From: Octopus sinensis
Lineage: Eukaryota
Direction of reading: 5' to 3'
Length of the DNA stretch: 64,000 nucleotides
NCBI RefSeq assembly: GCF_006345805.1
Contig: NC_043025.1
Span: 7,750,001-7,814,000, forward strand
Shown piece by piece: positions 51,193 through 64,000 of this stretch. The notes below the pieces were generated by a model. It saw only the letters and a program-made list of their open reading frames with translations. It did no database searches and had not been told where the DNA came from. Within the stretch, counting starts at the first letter, position 1; every line of letters starts with the position of its first letter. Position numbers and translations under genes: made by a program.

Positions 51193-51420
51193 GTGTATGC
51201 GTGTGTGTGTTTGTGTATGTGTGTTTGTCCCCCTAGCATTGCTTGACAACCGATGCTGGTGTGTTTACGTCCCCGTCACTTAGCGGTTCGGCAAAAGAGA
51301 CCGATAGAATAAGTACTGGGCTTACAAAGAATAACTCCCGGGGGTCGATTTTCTCGACTAAAGGCGGTGCTCCAGCATGGTTGCAGTCAAATGTCTGAAA
51401 CAAGTAAAGAGTAAAAGAGC
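50232..51420 (+). mobile_element. Cluster: three family A head modules, a family D tail fragment and a full family A SINE (50964-51420)
   Basis: Heads at about 50232, 50403, 50610 and 50964. Confidence 0.8.
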
Positions 51421-51451
51421 ATGTATGTATGTCTTTATGTATGTATGTATG

Positions 51452-51489
<38 letters not shown>

Positions 51490-51675
51490 TTTAAAATTTA
51501 GAAACGAACAGCTCAAATTTTACACAGGTGCACACTTATAGCACTTGTCAAACTAGTATTGTACTTGAAACTTGACAAATTTGATTAAAGTCGCATGAGA
51601 AACGCAATAGAATAATATACTGAAGGAGGAATGTTTCTATTCTGACCTCAAAATTTGTGTGTGTGTGTGTGTATA

Positions 51676-51708
<33 letters not shown>

Positions 51709-51976
51709 ATGTGTGTGTGTGTATGTGTGTGTGTATATGTGTGTGTGTGTGTATGTGTGTGTATATGTGTGTGTGTATATGTGTGTGTGTATATGTACAT
51801 GTGTGTGTGTGTATGTGTGTGGTGTGTGCTGTAAGTAATATATTAGCTATAAATTTTTTTCCTTTCCTAAATCTGTATGTGTGTGCATGTGTGTGTGTGT
51901 GTGCATCATCACCATCATTATCATCATCATCACCATCATTATCATCATCATCGTCATCATCATCATCATTACTTAA

Positions 51977-52198
51977 CCCTTTCGTTACTGTATTTATTTT
52001 GAGATGCTCTGTGTTTCTCTCAATTAATTTTAAATATAACAAAGAATTTAGTAAAATAACTTAGTTACCATTCAGCTAGTGTTAGGAACATAAATTGTGA
52101 CTAAGGTTTGGTGGAAGATTTTAATTCAAAACTAAAGAAAACAAGACATTTGTACTACAGAGCCAGAGGTGGTTTTGGCCGGGTTGGTATTGAAAGGG
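51977..52198 (-). mobile_element. piggyBac-like MITE monomer
   Basis: ttaa|ccctttcgttac ... attgaaaggg|ttaa. Confidence 0.85.
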
Positions 52199-52494
52199 TT
52201 AATGTCTGCTTTCCATGCTGGCATAGGTTGGATGGTTTGCCAGGAGCTGGCCTGCTGGGTATCTCTGCTCAGGTTCCAATTGTCTATTTTGGCCTGGTTT
52301 CAATAGCTGGATACCTTTTTTAATGCCAACCACTTCACCGAGTGTACTGGGTGCTTTTTACATGGCACCAGTATGGAAACTTTTACGTGGCACCAGCGGG
52401 GGTGTTTTTACATGGGATGAGCATAGGCACTTTTATGTGGTACCTGCCCTCGTTGTATTACGTGGTACCTACACAGGTGGTAATATGTGGGACA

Positions 52495-53095
52495 AGGCGG
52501 TGAGCTGGCAGAAACGTTAGCACGCCGGACGAAATGCATAGCGGTATTTCGTCTGTCGTTACGTTCTGAGTTCAAATTGCGCTGAGGTTGACTTTGCCTT
52601 TCATCCTTTCGGGGTCGATAAATTAAGTACCAGTTACACACTGGGGTCGATGTAATCGACTTAATCCATTTGTCTGTCCTTGTTTGTCCCCCTCTGTGTT
52701 TAGCCCCTTGTGGGTAGTAAAGAAATAGGTATTTCGTCTGCCGTTACGTTGAGTTCAAATTCCGCCAAGGTCGACTTTGCCTTTCATCCTTTCGGGTTCA
52801 ATAAATTAAGCACCAGTTACGCACTGGGGTCGATATAATCGACTTAATCCGTTTGTCTGTCCTTGTTTGCCTCTCTGTGTTTAGCGCCTTGTGGGTAGTA
52901 AAGAAATAGGTATTTCGTCTGCCGCTACATTCTGAGTTCAAATTCCGCCGAAGTCGACTTTGCCTTTCAAACTTTCGGGGTCGATTAAATAAGTACCAGT
53001 TACGCACTGGGGTCGATGTAATCGACTTAATACCTACGTCTGTCCTTGTTTGTCCCCTCTATGTTTAGCCCTTTGTGGGTAATAAAGAAATAGGT
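52495..53095 (+). mobile_element. Family C SINE with three tandem bodies (period about 184 bp)
   Basis: One head; gtatttcgtctg occurs at about 52545, 52730 and 52912. Confidence 0.85.
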
Positions 53096-53289
53096 ATTAT
53101 GTGGGACTGCCACTGACACAGGTGCTTTTATGTGGCCCCAGTGTGGGCACCAGCGTGGGCACCTCTACATGGCACGGGCACAAGTACTTTATAACACCAG
53201 TACCCATAAGCCTTTAAGAGAAGGACCTCTTGGCTGAGAGAGTGCTGTAGAGGACAGACCTGTATGTATGGACAAGCACAGTTTTACTT

Positions 53290-53580
53290 GTTTATTCCTT
53301 CTTGAGCCATGCCTGGCTCAAAAGGGCCGGTTTCCCGGTTTCTTTGGTGTATAGGTTCCCCACCTAGACGGGACGCTGGTCCGTCGCAGGTGAGTCACAA
53401 GTTGCAGGAGGAAAGAGTGACAGAAATTTGTGGCAAAAGAGTCAGCAGAATTTCACCATTACCTTCTGCCGGAGTTGCGTGGAGCCTAGGTATTTCGTTC
53501 ATAAATAGACACATCGCCTGGTCTGAGATTTGAACCTGCGATCCTTTGACCGTGAGTCCGCTGCTCTAACCACTAGGCCT
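53290..53580 (-). mobile_element. Family B SINE (B2) abutting the satellite
   Basis: Reverse complement of the 34262-34557 type. Confidence 0.8.
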
Positions 53581-56500
53581 GTGGCCATGCTGGGGCACCA
53601 CCTTGAAGGTTTTTAGTTGAACAAATCAACCCCAGAATATCTTTAATCTTTTACTTGTTCGAGTCTTTAGACTGTGGCCATGCTGGGGCACCACCTTGAA
53701 GGTTTTTAGTTGAACAAATCAACCCCAGAATATCTTTCATCTTTTACTTGTTTCAGTCTTTAGACTGTGGCCATGCTGGGGCAGCACCTTGAAGGTTTTT
53801 AGTTGAACAAATCAACCCCAGAATATCTTTCATCTTTTAATTGTTCGAGTCTTTAGACTGTGGCCATGCTGGGGCAGCACCTTGAAGGTTTTTAGTTGAA
53901 CAAATCAAGCCCAGAATATCTTTCATCTTTTAATTGTTCGAGTCTTTAGACTGTGGCCATGCTGGGGCACCACCTTGAAGGTTTTTAGTTGAACAAATCA
54001 AGCCCAGAATATCTTTCATCTTTTACTTGTTTCAGTCTTTAGACTGTGGCCATGCTGGGGCACCACCTTGAAGGTTTTTAGTTGAACAAATCAAGCCCAG
54101 AATATCTTTCATCTTTTACTTGTTTCAGTCTTTAGACTGCGGCCATGCTGGGGCACCACCATGAAGGTTTTTATGTTGAACAAATCAAGCCCAGAATATC
54201 TTTATCTTTAATTGTTCGAGTCTTTAGACTGTGGCATGCTGGGGCACCACCTTGAAGGTTTTTAGTTGAACAAATCAAGCCCAGAATATCTTTCATCTTT
54301 TACTTGTTTGAGTCTTTAGACTGTGGCCCTGCTGGGGCACCACCTTGAAGGTTTTTAGTTGAACAAATCAAGCCCAGAATATCTTTCATCTTTTACTTGT
54401 TTGAGTCTTTAGACTGTGGCCTGCTGGGGGCAACACCTTGAAGGTTTTTAGTTGAACAAATCAACCCCAGAATATCTTTCATCTTTTAATTGTTCGAGTC
54501 TTTAGACTGTGGCCATGCTGGGGCACCACCTTGAAGGTTTTTAGTTGAACAAATCAACCCCAGAATATCTTTCATCTTTTACTTGTTTTGGTCATTAGAC
54601 TGTGGCCATGCTGGGGCACCACCTTGAAGGTTTTTAGTTGAACAAATCAACCCCAGAATATCTTTCATCTTTTACTTGTTTCAGTCTTTAGACTGCGGCC
54701 ATGCTGGGGCACCACCATGAAGGTTTTTAGTTGAACAAATCAAGCCCAGAATATCTTTCATCTTTTAATTGTTCGAGTCTTTAGACTGTGGCCATGCTGG
54801 GGCACCACCTTGAAGGTTTTTAGTTGAACAAATCAAGCCCAGAATATCTTTCATCTTTTACTTGTTTGAGTCTTTAGACTGTGGCCCTGCTGGGGCACCA
54901 CCTTGAAGGTTTTTAGTTGAACAAATCAAGCCCAGAATATCTTTCATCTTTTACTTGTTTGAGTCTTTAGACTGTGGCCCTGCTGGGGCACCACCTTGAA
55001 GGTTTTTAGTTGAACAAATCAAACCAGAATATCTTTCATCTTTTAATTGTTTGAGTCTTAGACTGTGGCCATGCTGGGGCACCCCTTGAAGGTTTTTAGT
55101 TGAACAAATCAAGCCCAGAATATCTTTCATCTTTTACTTGTTTGAGTCTTTAGACTGTGGCCTGCTGGGGCACCACCTTGAAGGTTTTTAGTTGAACAAA
55201 TCAACCCCAGAATATCTTTCATCTTTTACTTGTTTGAGTCTTTAGACTGTGGCCTGCTGGGGCACCACCTTGAAGGTTTTTAGTTGAACAAATCAAGCCC
55301 AGAATATCTTTCATCTTTTACTTGTTTGAGTCTTTAGACTGTGGCCCTGCTGGGGCACCACCTTGAAGGTTTTTAGTTGAACAAATCAAGCCCAGAATAT
55401 CTTTCATCTTTTACTTGTTTGAGTCTTTAGACTGTGGCCCTGCTGGGGCACCACCTTGAAGGTTTTTAGTTGAACAAATCAACCCCAGAATATCTTTCAT
55501 CTTTTAATTGTTCGAGTCTTTAGACTGTGGCCATGCTGGGGCACCACTTTGAAGGTTTTTAGTTGAACAAATCAACCCCAGATATCTTTCATCTTTTAAT
55601 TGTTCGAGTCTTTAGACTGTGGCCATGCTGGGGCACCACCTTGAAGGTTTTTAGTTGAACAAATCAAGCCCAGAATATCTTTCATCTTTTAATTGTTCGA
55701 GTCTTTAGACTGTGGCCATGCTGGGGCACCACTTTGAAGGTTTTTAGTTGAACAAATCAACCCCAGAATATCTTTCATCTTTTAATTGTTCGAGTCTTTA
55801 GACTGTGGCCATGCTGGGGCACCACTTTGAAGGTTTTAGTTTAAACAAATCAAGCCCAGATATCTTTCATCTTTTAATTGTTCGAGTCTTTAGACTGTGG
55901 CCATGCTGGGGCACCACCTTGAAGGTTTTTAGTTGAACAAATCAAGCCCAGAATATCTTTCATCTTTTAATTGTTCGAGTCTTTAGACTGTGGCCATGCT
56001 GGGGCACCACCATGAAGGTTTTTAGTTGAACAAATCAAGCCCAGAATATCTTTCATCTTTTAATTGTTCGAGTCTTTAGACTGTGGCCATGCTGGGGCAC
56101 CACTTTGAAGGTTTTTAGTTGAACAAATCAAGCCCAGAATATCTTTCATCTTTTAATTGTTCGAGTCTTTAGACTGTGGCCATGCTGGGGCACCACCATG
56201 AAGGTTTTTAGTTGAACAAATCAAGCCCAGAATATCTTTCATCTTTTAATTGTTCGAGTCTTTAGACTGTGGCCATGCTGGGGCACCACTTTGAAGGTTT
56301 TTAGTTGAACAAATCAAGCCCAGAATCTTTCATCTTTTATTGTTCGAGTCTTTAGACTGTGGCCATGCTGGGGCACCACCTGAAGGTTTTTAGTTGAACA
56401 ATCAAGCCCAGAATATCTTTCATCTTTTAATTGTTCGAGTCTTTAGACTGTGGCCATGCTGGGGCACCACCTTGAAGGTTTTTAGTTGAATAAATCAACC

Positions 56501-59500
56501 CCAGAATATCTTTCATCTTTTAATTGTTCGAGTCTTTAGACTGTGGCCATGCTGGGGCACCACCTTGAAGGTTTTTAGTTGAACAAATCAACCCCAGAAT
56601 ATCTTTCATCTTTTAATTGTTCGAGTCTTTAGACTGTGGCCATGCTGGGGCACCACCATGAAGGTTTTTAGTTGAACAAATCAAGCCCAGAATATCTTTC
56701 ATCTTTTAATTGTTCGAGTCTTTAGACTGTGGCCATGCTGGGGCACCACTTTGAAGGTTTTTAGTTGAACAAATCAAGCCCAGAATATCTTTCATCTTTT
56801 AATTGTTCGAGTCTTTAGACTGTGGCCATGCTGGGGCACCACTTTGAAGGTTTTTAGTTGAACAAATCAACCCCAGAATATCTTTCATCTTTTACTTGTT
56901 CGAGTCTTTAGACTGTGGCCATGCTGGGGCACCACTTTGAAGGTTTTTAGTTGAACAAATCAAGCCCAGAATATCTTTCATCTTTTAATTGTTCGAGTCT
57001 TTAGACTGTGGCCATGCTGGGGCACCACTTTGAAGGTTTTTAGTTGAACAAATCAAGCCCAGAATATCTTTCATCTTTTAATTGTTCGAGTCTTTAGACT
57101 GTGGCCATGCTGGGGCACCACTTTGAAGGTTTTTAGTTGAACAAATCAAGCCAGAATATCTTCATCTTTTACTTGTTTCAGTCTTTAGACTGTGGCCATG
57201 CTGGGACACCACCTTGAAGGTTTTTAGTTGAATAAATCAACCCCAGAATATCTTTCATCTTTTACTTGTTCGAGTCTTTAGACTGTGGCCATGCTGGGGC
57301 ACCACCATGAAGGCTTTTAGTTGAACAAATCAAGCCCAGAATATCTTTCATCTTTTAATTGTTCGAGTCTTTAGACTGTGGCCATGCTGGGGCACCACTT
57401 TGAAGGTTTTTAGTTGAACAAATCAAGCCCAGAATATCTTTCATCTTTTAATTGTTCGAGTCTTTAGACTGTGGCCATGCTGGGGCACCACTTTGAAGGT
57501 TTTTAGTTGAACAAATCAAGCCCAGAATATCTTTCATCTTTTACTTGTTTCAGTCTTTAGACTGTGGCCATGCTGGGACACCACCTTGAAGGTTTTTAGT
57601 TGAATAAATCAACCCCAGAATATCTTTCATCTTTTACTTGTTCGAGTCTTTAGACTGTGGCCATGCTGGGGCACCACATGAAGGCTTTTAGTTGAACAAA
57701 TCAAGCCCAGAATATCTTTCATCTTTTACTTGTTCGAGTCTTTAGACTGTGGCCATGCTGGGGCACACCTTGAAGGTTTTTAGTTGAACAAATCAAGCCC
57801 AGAATATCTTTCATCTTTTACTTGTTCGAGAGTTTAGACTGTGGCCATGCTGGGGCACCACCATGAAGGTTTTTAGTTGAACAAATCAAGCCCAGAATAT
57901 CTTTCATCTTTTACTTGTTCGAGTCTTTAGACTGTGGCCATGCTGGGGCACCACCTTGAAGGTTTTTAGTTGAACAAATCAACCCTAGAATATCTTTCAT
58001 CTTTTACTTGTTTCAGTCTTTAGACTGTGGCCATGCTGGGGCACCACCTTGAAGGTTTTTAGTTGAACAAATCAACCCCAGAATATCTTTCATCTCTTAC
58101 TTGTTTCAGTCTTTAGACTGTGGCCATGCTGGGGCACCACCTTGAAGGTTTTTAGTTGAACAAATCAAGCCCAGAATATCTTTCATCTTTTACTTGTTCG
58201 AGTCTTTAGACTGTGACCATGCTGGGGCACCACCTTGAAGGTTTTTAGTTGAATAAATCAACCCCAGAATATCTTTCATCTTTTACTTGTTCGAGTCTTT
58301 AGACTGTGGCCATGCTGGGGCACAACCTTGAAGGTTTTTAGTTGAATAAATCAACCCCAGAATATCTTTCATCTTTTACTTGTTTGAGTCTTTAGACTGT
58401 GGCCATGCTGGGGCACCACCATGAAGGTTTTTAGTTGAACAAATCAACCCCAGAATATCTTTCATCTTTTAATTGTTCGAGTCTTTAGACTGTGGCCATG
58501 CTGGGGCACCACCTTGAAGGTTTTTAGTTGAACAAATCAAGCCAGAATATCTTTCATCTTTTACTTGTTTGAGTCTTTAGACTGTGGCCATGCTGGGGCA
58601 CCACCTTGAAGGTTTTAGTTGAACAAATCAAGCCCAGAAATCTTTCATTTTACTTGTTTGAGTCTTTAGACTGTGGCCATGCTGGGGCACCACCTTGAAG
58701 GTTTTTAGTTGAACAAATCAAGCCCAGAATATCTTTCATCTTTTACTTGTTTGAGTCTTTAGACTGTGGCCATGCTGGGGCACCACCTTGAAGGTTTTTA
58801 GTTGAACAAATCAACCCCAGAATATCTTTCATCTTTTAATTGTTCGAGTCTTTAGACTGTGGCCATGCTGGGGCACCACCTTGAAGGTTTTTAGTTGAAC
58901 AAATCAAGCCCAGAATATCTTTCATCTTTTAATTGTTCGAGTCTTTAGACTGTGGCCATGCTGGGGCACCACCTTGAAGGTTTTTAGTTGAACAAATCAA
59001 CCCCAGAATATCTTTCATCTTTTAATTGTTCGAGTCTTTAGACTGTGGCCATGCTGGGGCACACACTTGAAGGTTTTTAGTTGAACAAATCAAGCCCAGA
59101 ATATCTTTCATCTTTAATTGTTCGAGTCTTTAGACTGTGGCCATGCTGGGGCACAACCTTGAAGGTTTTTAGTGAACAAATCAAGCCCAGAATATCTTTA
59201 TCTTTTAATTGTTCGAGTCTTTAGACTGTGGCCATGCTGGGGCACCACCTTGAAGGTTTTTAGTTGAACAAATCAAGCCCAGAATATCTTTCATCTTTTA
59301 ATTGTTCGAGTCTTTAGACTGTTGCCATGCTGGGGCACCACCTTGAAGGTTTTTAGTTGAACAAATCAAGCCCAGAATATCTTTCATCTTTTAATTGTTC
59401 GAGTCTTTAGACTGTGGCCATGCTGGGGCACCACCTTGAAGGTTTTTAGTTGAACAAATCAAGCCCAGAATATCTTTCATCTTTTAATTGTTCGAGTCTT

Positions 59501-62500
59501 TAGACTGTGGCCATGCTGGGGCACCACCTTGAAGGTTTTTAGTTGAACAAATCAAGCCCAGAATATCTTTCATCTTTTAATTGTTCGAGTCTTTAGACTG
59601 TGACCATGCTGGGGCACCACCCTGAAGTTTTTAGTTGAACAAATCAAGCCCAGAATATCTTTCATCTTTAATTGTTCGAGTCTTTAGACTGTGGCCATGC
59701 TGGGGCACCACCTTGAAGGTTTTTAGTTGAACAAATCAACCGAATATCTTTCATCTTTAATTGTTCGAGTCTTTAGACTGTGGCCATGCTGGGGCACCAC
59801 CTTGAAGGTTTTTAGTTGAACAAATCAAGCCCAGAATATCTTTCATCTTTTAATTGTTCGAGTCTTTAGACTGTGGCCATGCTGGGGCACCACCTTGAAG
59901 GTTTTTAGTTGAACAAATCAAGCCCAGAATATCTTTCATCTTTTAATTGTTCGAGTCTTTAGACTGTGACCATGCTGGGGCACCACCTTGAAGGTTTTTA
60001 GTTGAACAAATCAAGCCCAGAATATCTTTCATCTTTTAATTGTTCGAGTCTTTAGACTGTGGCCATGCTGGGGCACCACCTTGAAGGTTTTTAGTTGAAC
60101 AAATCAAGCCCAGAATATCTTTCATCTTTTAATTGTTCGAGTCTTTAGACTGTGGCCATGCTGGGGCACCACCTTGAAGGTTTTTAGTTGAACAAATCAA
60201 GCCCAGAATATCTTTCATCTTTTAATTGTTCGAGTCTTTAGACTGTGACCATGCTGGGGCACCACCATGAAGGTTTTTAGTTGAACAAATCAACCCCAGA
60301 ATATCTTTCATCTTTTAATTGTTCGAGTCTTTAGACTGTGGCCATGCTGGGGCACCACCTTGAAGGTTTTTAGTTGAACAAATCAAGCCCAGAATATCTT
60401 TCATCTTTTAATTGTTCGAGTCTTTAGACTGTGGCCATGCTGGGGCACCACCTTGAAGGTTTTTAGTTGAACAAATCAAGCCCAGAATATCTTTCATCTT
60501 TTAATTGTTCGAGTCTTTAGACTGTGACCATGCTGGGGCACACCATGAAGGTTTTTAGTTGAACAAATCAAGCCCAGAATATCTTTCATCTTTTAATTGT
60601 TCGAGTCTTTAGACTGTGGCCATGCTGGGGCACCACCTTGAAGGTTTTTAGTTGAACAAATCAAGCCCAGAATATCTTTCATCTTTTAATTGTTCGAGTC
60701 TTTAGACTGTGACCATGCTGGGGCACCACCTTGAAGGTTTTTAGTTGAACAAATCAAGCCAGAATATCTTTCATCTTTTATTGTTCGAGTCTTTAGACTG
60801 TGGCCATGGGGGCACCACCTTGAAGGTTTTTAGTTGAACAAATCAAGCCCAGAATATCTTTCATCTTTTAATTGTTCGAGTCTTTAGACTGTGGCCATGC
60901 TGGGGCACCACCTTGAAGGTTTTTAGTTGAACAAATCAAGCCCAGAATATCTTTCATCTTTTAATTGTTCGAGTCTTTAGACTGTGACCATGCTGGGGCA
61001 CCACCATGAAGGTTTTGAGTTGAAAAAATCAACCCCAGAATATCTTTCATCTTTTAATTGTTCGAGTCTTTAGAACGTGGCCATGCTGGGGCACCACCTT
61101 GAAGGTTTTTAGTGAACAAATCAAGCCCAGATTATCTTTCATCTTTTAATTGTTCGAGTCTTTAGACTGTGGCCATGTGCGGGCACCACCTTGAAGGTTT
61201 TAGTTGACAAATCAAGCCCAGAATATCTTCATCTTTTAATTGTTCGAGTCTTTAGACTGTGACCATGCTGGGGCACCACCATGAAGGTTTTAGTTGAACA
61301 AATCAAGCCCAGAATATCTTTCATCTTTTAATGTTCGAGTCTTTAGACTGTGGCCATGCTGGGGCACCACTTGAAGGTTTTTAGTGAACAAATCAAGCCC
61401 AGAAATCTTTCATCTTTTAATTGTTCGAGTCTTTAGACTGTGACCATGCTGGGGCACCACTTGAAGGTTTTTAGTTGAACAAATCAAGCAGAATATCTTC
61501 ATCTTTAATTGTTCGAGTCTTTAGACTGTGGCCATGCTGGGGCACCACAATTGAAGGTTTTTAGTTGAACAAATCAAGCCCAGAATATCTTTCATCTTTT
61601 AATTGTTCGAGTCTTTAGACTGTGGACCATGCTGGGGCACCACCTTGAAGGTTTTTAGTTGAACAAATCAAGCCCAGAATATCTTTCATCTTTTAATTGT
61701 TCGAGTCTTTAGACTGTGGCCATGCTGGGGCACCACCTTGAAGGTTTTTAGTTGAACAAATCAAGCCAGAATATCTTTCATCTTTTAATTGTTCGAGTCT
61801 TTAGACTGTGGCCATGCTGGGGCACCACCTTGAAGGTTTTTAGTTGAACAAATCAAGCCCAGAATATCTTTCATCTTTTAATTGTTCGAGTCTTTAGACT
61901 GTGACCATGCTGGGGCACCACCTTGAAGGTTTTTAGTTGAACAAATCAAGCCCAGAATATCTTTCATCTTTTAATTGTTCGAGTCTTTAGACTGTGACCA
62001 TGCTGGGGCACCACCTGAAGGTTTTTAGTTGAACAAATCAAGCCCAGAATATCTTTCATCTTTTAATTGTTCGAGTCTTTAGACTGTGGCCATGCTGGGG
62101 CACCACCATGAAGGTTTTAGTTGAACAAATCAAGCCCAGAATATCTTTCATCTTTTAATTGTTCGAGTCTTTAGACTGTGGCCATGCTGGGGCACACCTT
62201 GAAGGTTTTTAGTTGAACAAATCAAGCCCAGAATATCTTTCATTTTTTATGTTCGAGTCTTTAGACTGTGGCCATGCTGGGGCACCACCTTGAAGGTTTT
62301 TAGTTGAACAAATCAGCCCAGAATATCTTTCATCTTTTAATTGTTCGAGTCTTTAGACTGTGGCCATGCTGGGGCACCACCTTGAAGGTTTTTAGTTGTT
62401 GACACAAATCAAGCCCGAATATCTTTCATCTTTTAATTGTTCGAGTCTTTAGACTGTGGCCATGCTGGGGCACCACCTTGAAGGTTTTTAGTTGAACAAA

Positions 62501-64000
62501 TCAAGCCCAGAATATCTTTTCTCTTTTAATTGTTCGAGTCTTTAGACTGTGGCCATGCTGGGGCACCACCTTGAAGGTTTTTAGTTGAACAAATCAAGCC
62601 CAGAAATCTTTCATCTTTTAATTGTTCGAGTCTTTAGACTGTGGCCATGCTGGGGCACCACCTTGAAGGTTTTTAGTTGAACAAATCAAGCCCAGAATAT
62701 CTTTCATCTTTTAATTGTTCGAGTCTTTGACTGTGGCCATGCGGGGCACCACCTTGAAGGTTTTTAGTTGAACAAATCAAGCCCAGAATATCTTTCATCT
62801 TTTAATGTTCGAGTCTTTAGACTGTGGCCATGCTGGGGCACCACCTTGAAGGTTTTTAGTTGAACAAATCAGCCCAGAATATTTCATCTTTTAATTGTTC
62901 GAGTCTTTAGAATGTGGCCATGCTGGGGCACCACCTTGAAGGTTTTTAGTTGAACAAATCAAGCCCAGAATATCTTCATCTTTTAATTGTTCGAGTCTTT
63001 AGACTGTGGCCATGCTGGGGCACCACCTTGAAGGTTTTTAGTTGAACAAATCAAGCCCAGAATATCTTTCATCTTTTAATTGTTCGAGTCTTTAGACTGT
63101 GGCCATGCTGGGGCACCACCTTGAAGGTTTTTAGTTGAACAAATCAAGCCCAGAAATCTTTCATCTTTTAATTGTTCGAGTCTTTAGACTGTGGCCATGC
63201 TGGGGCACCCCTTGAAGGTTTTTAGTTGAACAAATCAAGCCCAGAATATTCTTCATCTTTCATCTTTTAATTGTTCGAGTCTTTAGACTGTGGCCATGCT
63301 GGGGCACCACCTTGAAGGTTTTTAGTTGAACAAATCAAGCCCAGAATATCTTTCATCTTTTAATTGTTCGAGTCTTTAGACTGTGGCCATGCTGGGGCAC
63401 CACTTGAAGGTTTTTAGTTGAACAAATCAACAGCCCAGAATATCTTTCATCTTTTAATTGTTCGAGTCTTTAGACTGTGGCCATGCTGGGGCACCACCTT
63501 GAAGGTTTTAGTTGAACAAATCAAGCCCAGAATATCTTTCATCTTTTACTTGTTCGAGTCTTTAGACTGTGGCCATGCTGGGGCTGGGCACCACCTTGAA
63601 GGTTTTAGTTGAACAAATCAAGCCCAGAATATCTTTCATCTTTTAATTGTTCGAGTCTTTAGACTGTGGCCATGCTGGGGCACCACATTGAAGGTTTTTA
63701 GTTGAACAAATCAACCCCAGTATATCTTTCATTTACTTGTTCAGTCTTTAGACTGTGGCCATGCTGGGGCACCACATTGAAGGTTTTTAGTTGAACAAAT
63801 CAACCCCAGTATATCACTCATCTTTTACTTGTTTCAGTCTTTAGACTGTGGCCATGCTGGGGCACCACATTGAAGGTTTTTAGTTGAACAAATCAACCCC
63901 AGAATATCTTTCATCTTTTACTTGTTTTGGTCATTAGACTGTGGCCATGCTGGGGCACCACCTTGAAGGTTTTTATTTGAACAAATCTATCCCAGAATAT
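53581..64000. repeat. 93-bp tandem satellite, about 112 units, derived from the family A SINE tail region
   Basis: Unit gactgtggccatgctggggcaccaccttgaaggtttttagttgaacaaatcaagcccagaatatctttcatcttttaattgttcgagtcttta; period checked at 53670/53763. Confidence 0.97.

Noticed and set aside
53581-64000. CRISPR-like array or coding tandem repeat
   Set aside because: Contiguous identical-length units with no unique spacers, eukaryotic context, no cas genes and essentially no ORFs. Scattered 1-bp indels may be long-read consensus errors.

Overview
AT-rich, microsatellite-dense eukaryotic DNA. Its tRNA-derived SINE repertoire and (AT)n/(AC)n/(ATC)n density fit a cephalopod, probably Octopus (inference from repeat style, not a database match). 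Almost every ORF in the supplied track is a microsatellite or SINE artefact. The one well-supported host coding feature is missing from the track: a 129-bp phase-0/0 exon at 32885-33013 (+) encoding a PH-domain segment closely resembling CMIP (c-Maf-inducing protein), so most of the window is probably intron of that gene. The rest is interspersed repeats: a CORE-type SINE (family A, roughly 35 copies or fragments), a tRNA-head SINE with interchangeable 3' tails (B), a SINE that forms local tandem arrays (C), a (GAT)n-tailed element with an internal 63-bp VNTR (D), TTAA-flanked piggyBac-like MITEs that occur as monomer, dimer and trimer, a hAT-like MITE, non-autonomous Helitrons and Helitron/RTE coding relics. 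The last 10.4 kb (53581-64000) is a 93-bp satellite derived from the family A SINE tail. The most interesting signal is a set of short repeats and long foldback palindromes carrying minimal type-I hammerhead-ribozyme-like cores (CUGANGA...GAAA...NUH) of the kind described for Penelope-like retroelements. Family letters are my own labels and repeat boundaries are approximate.
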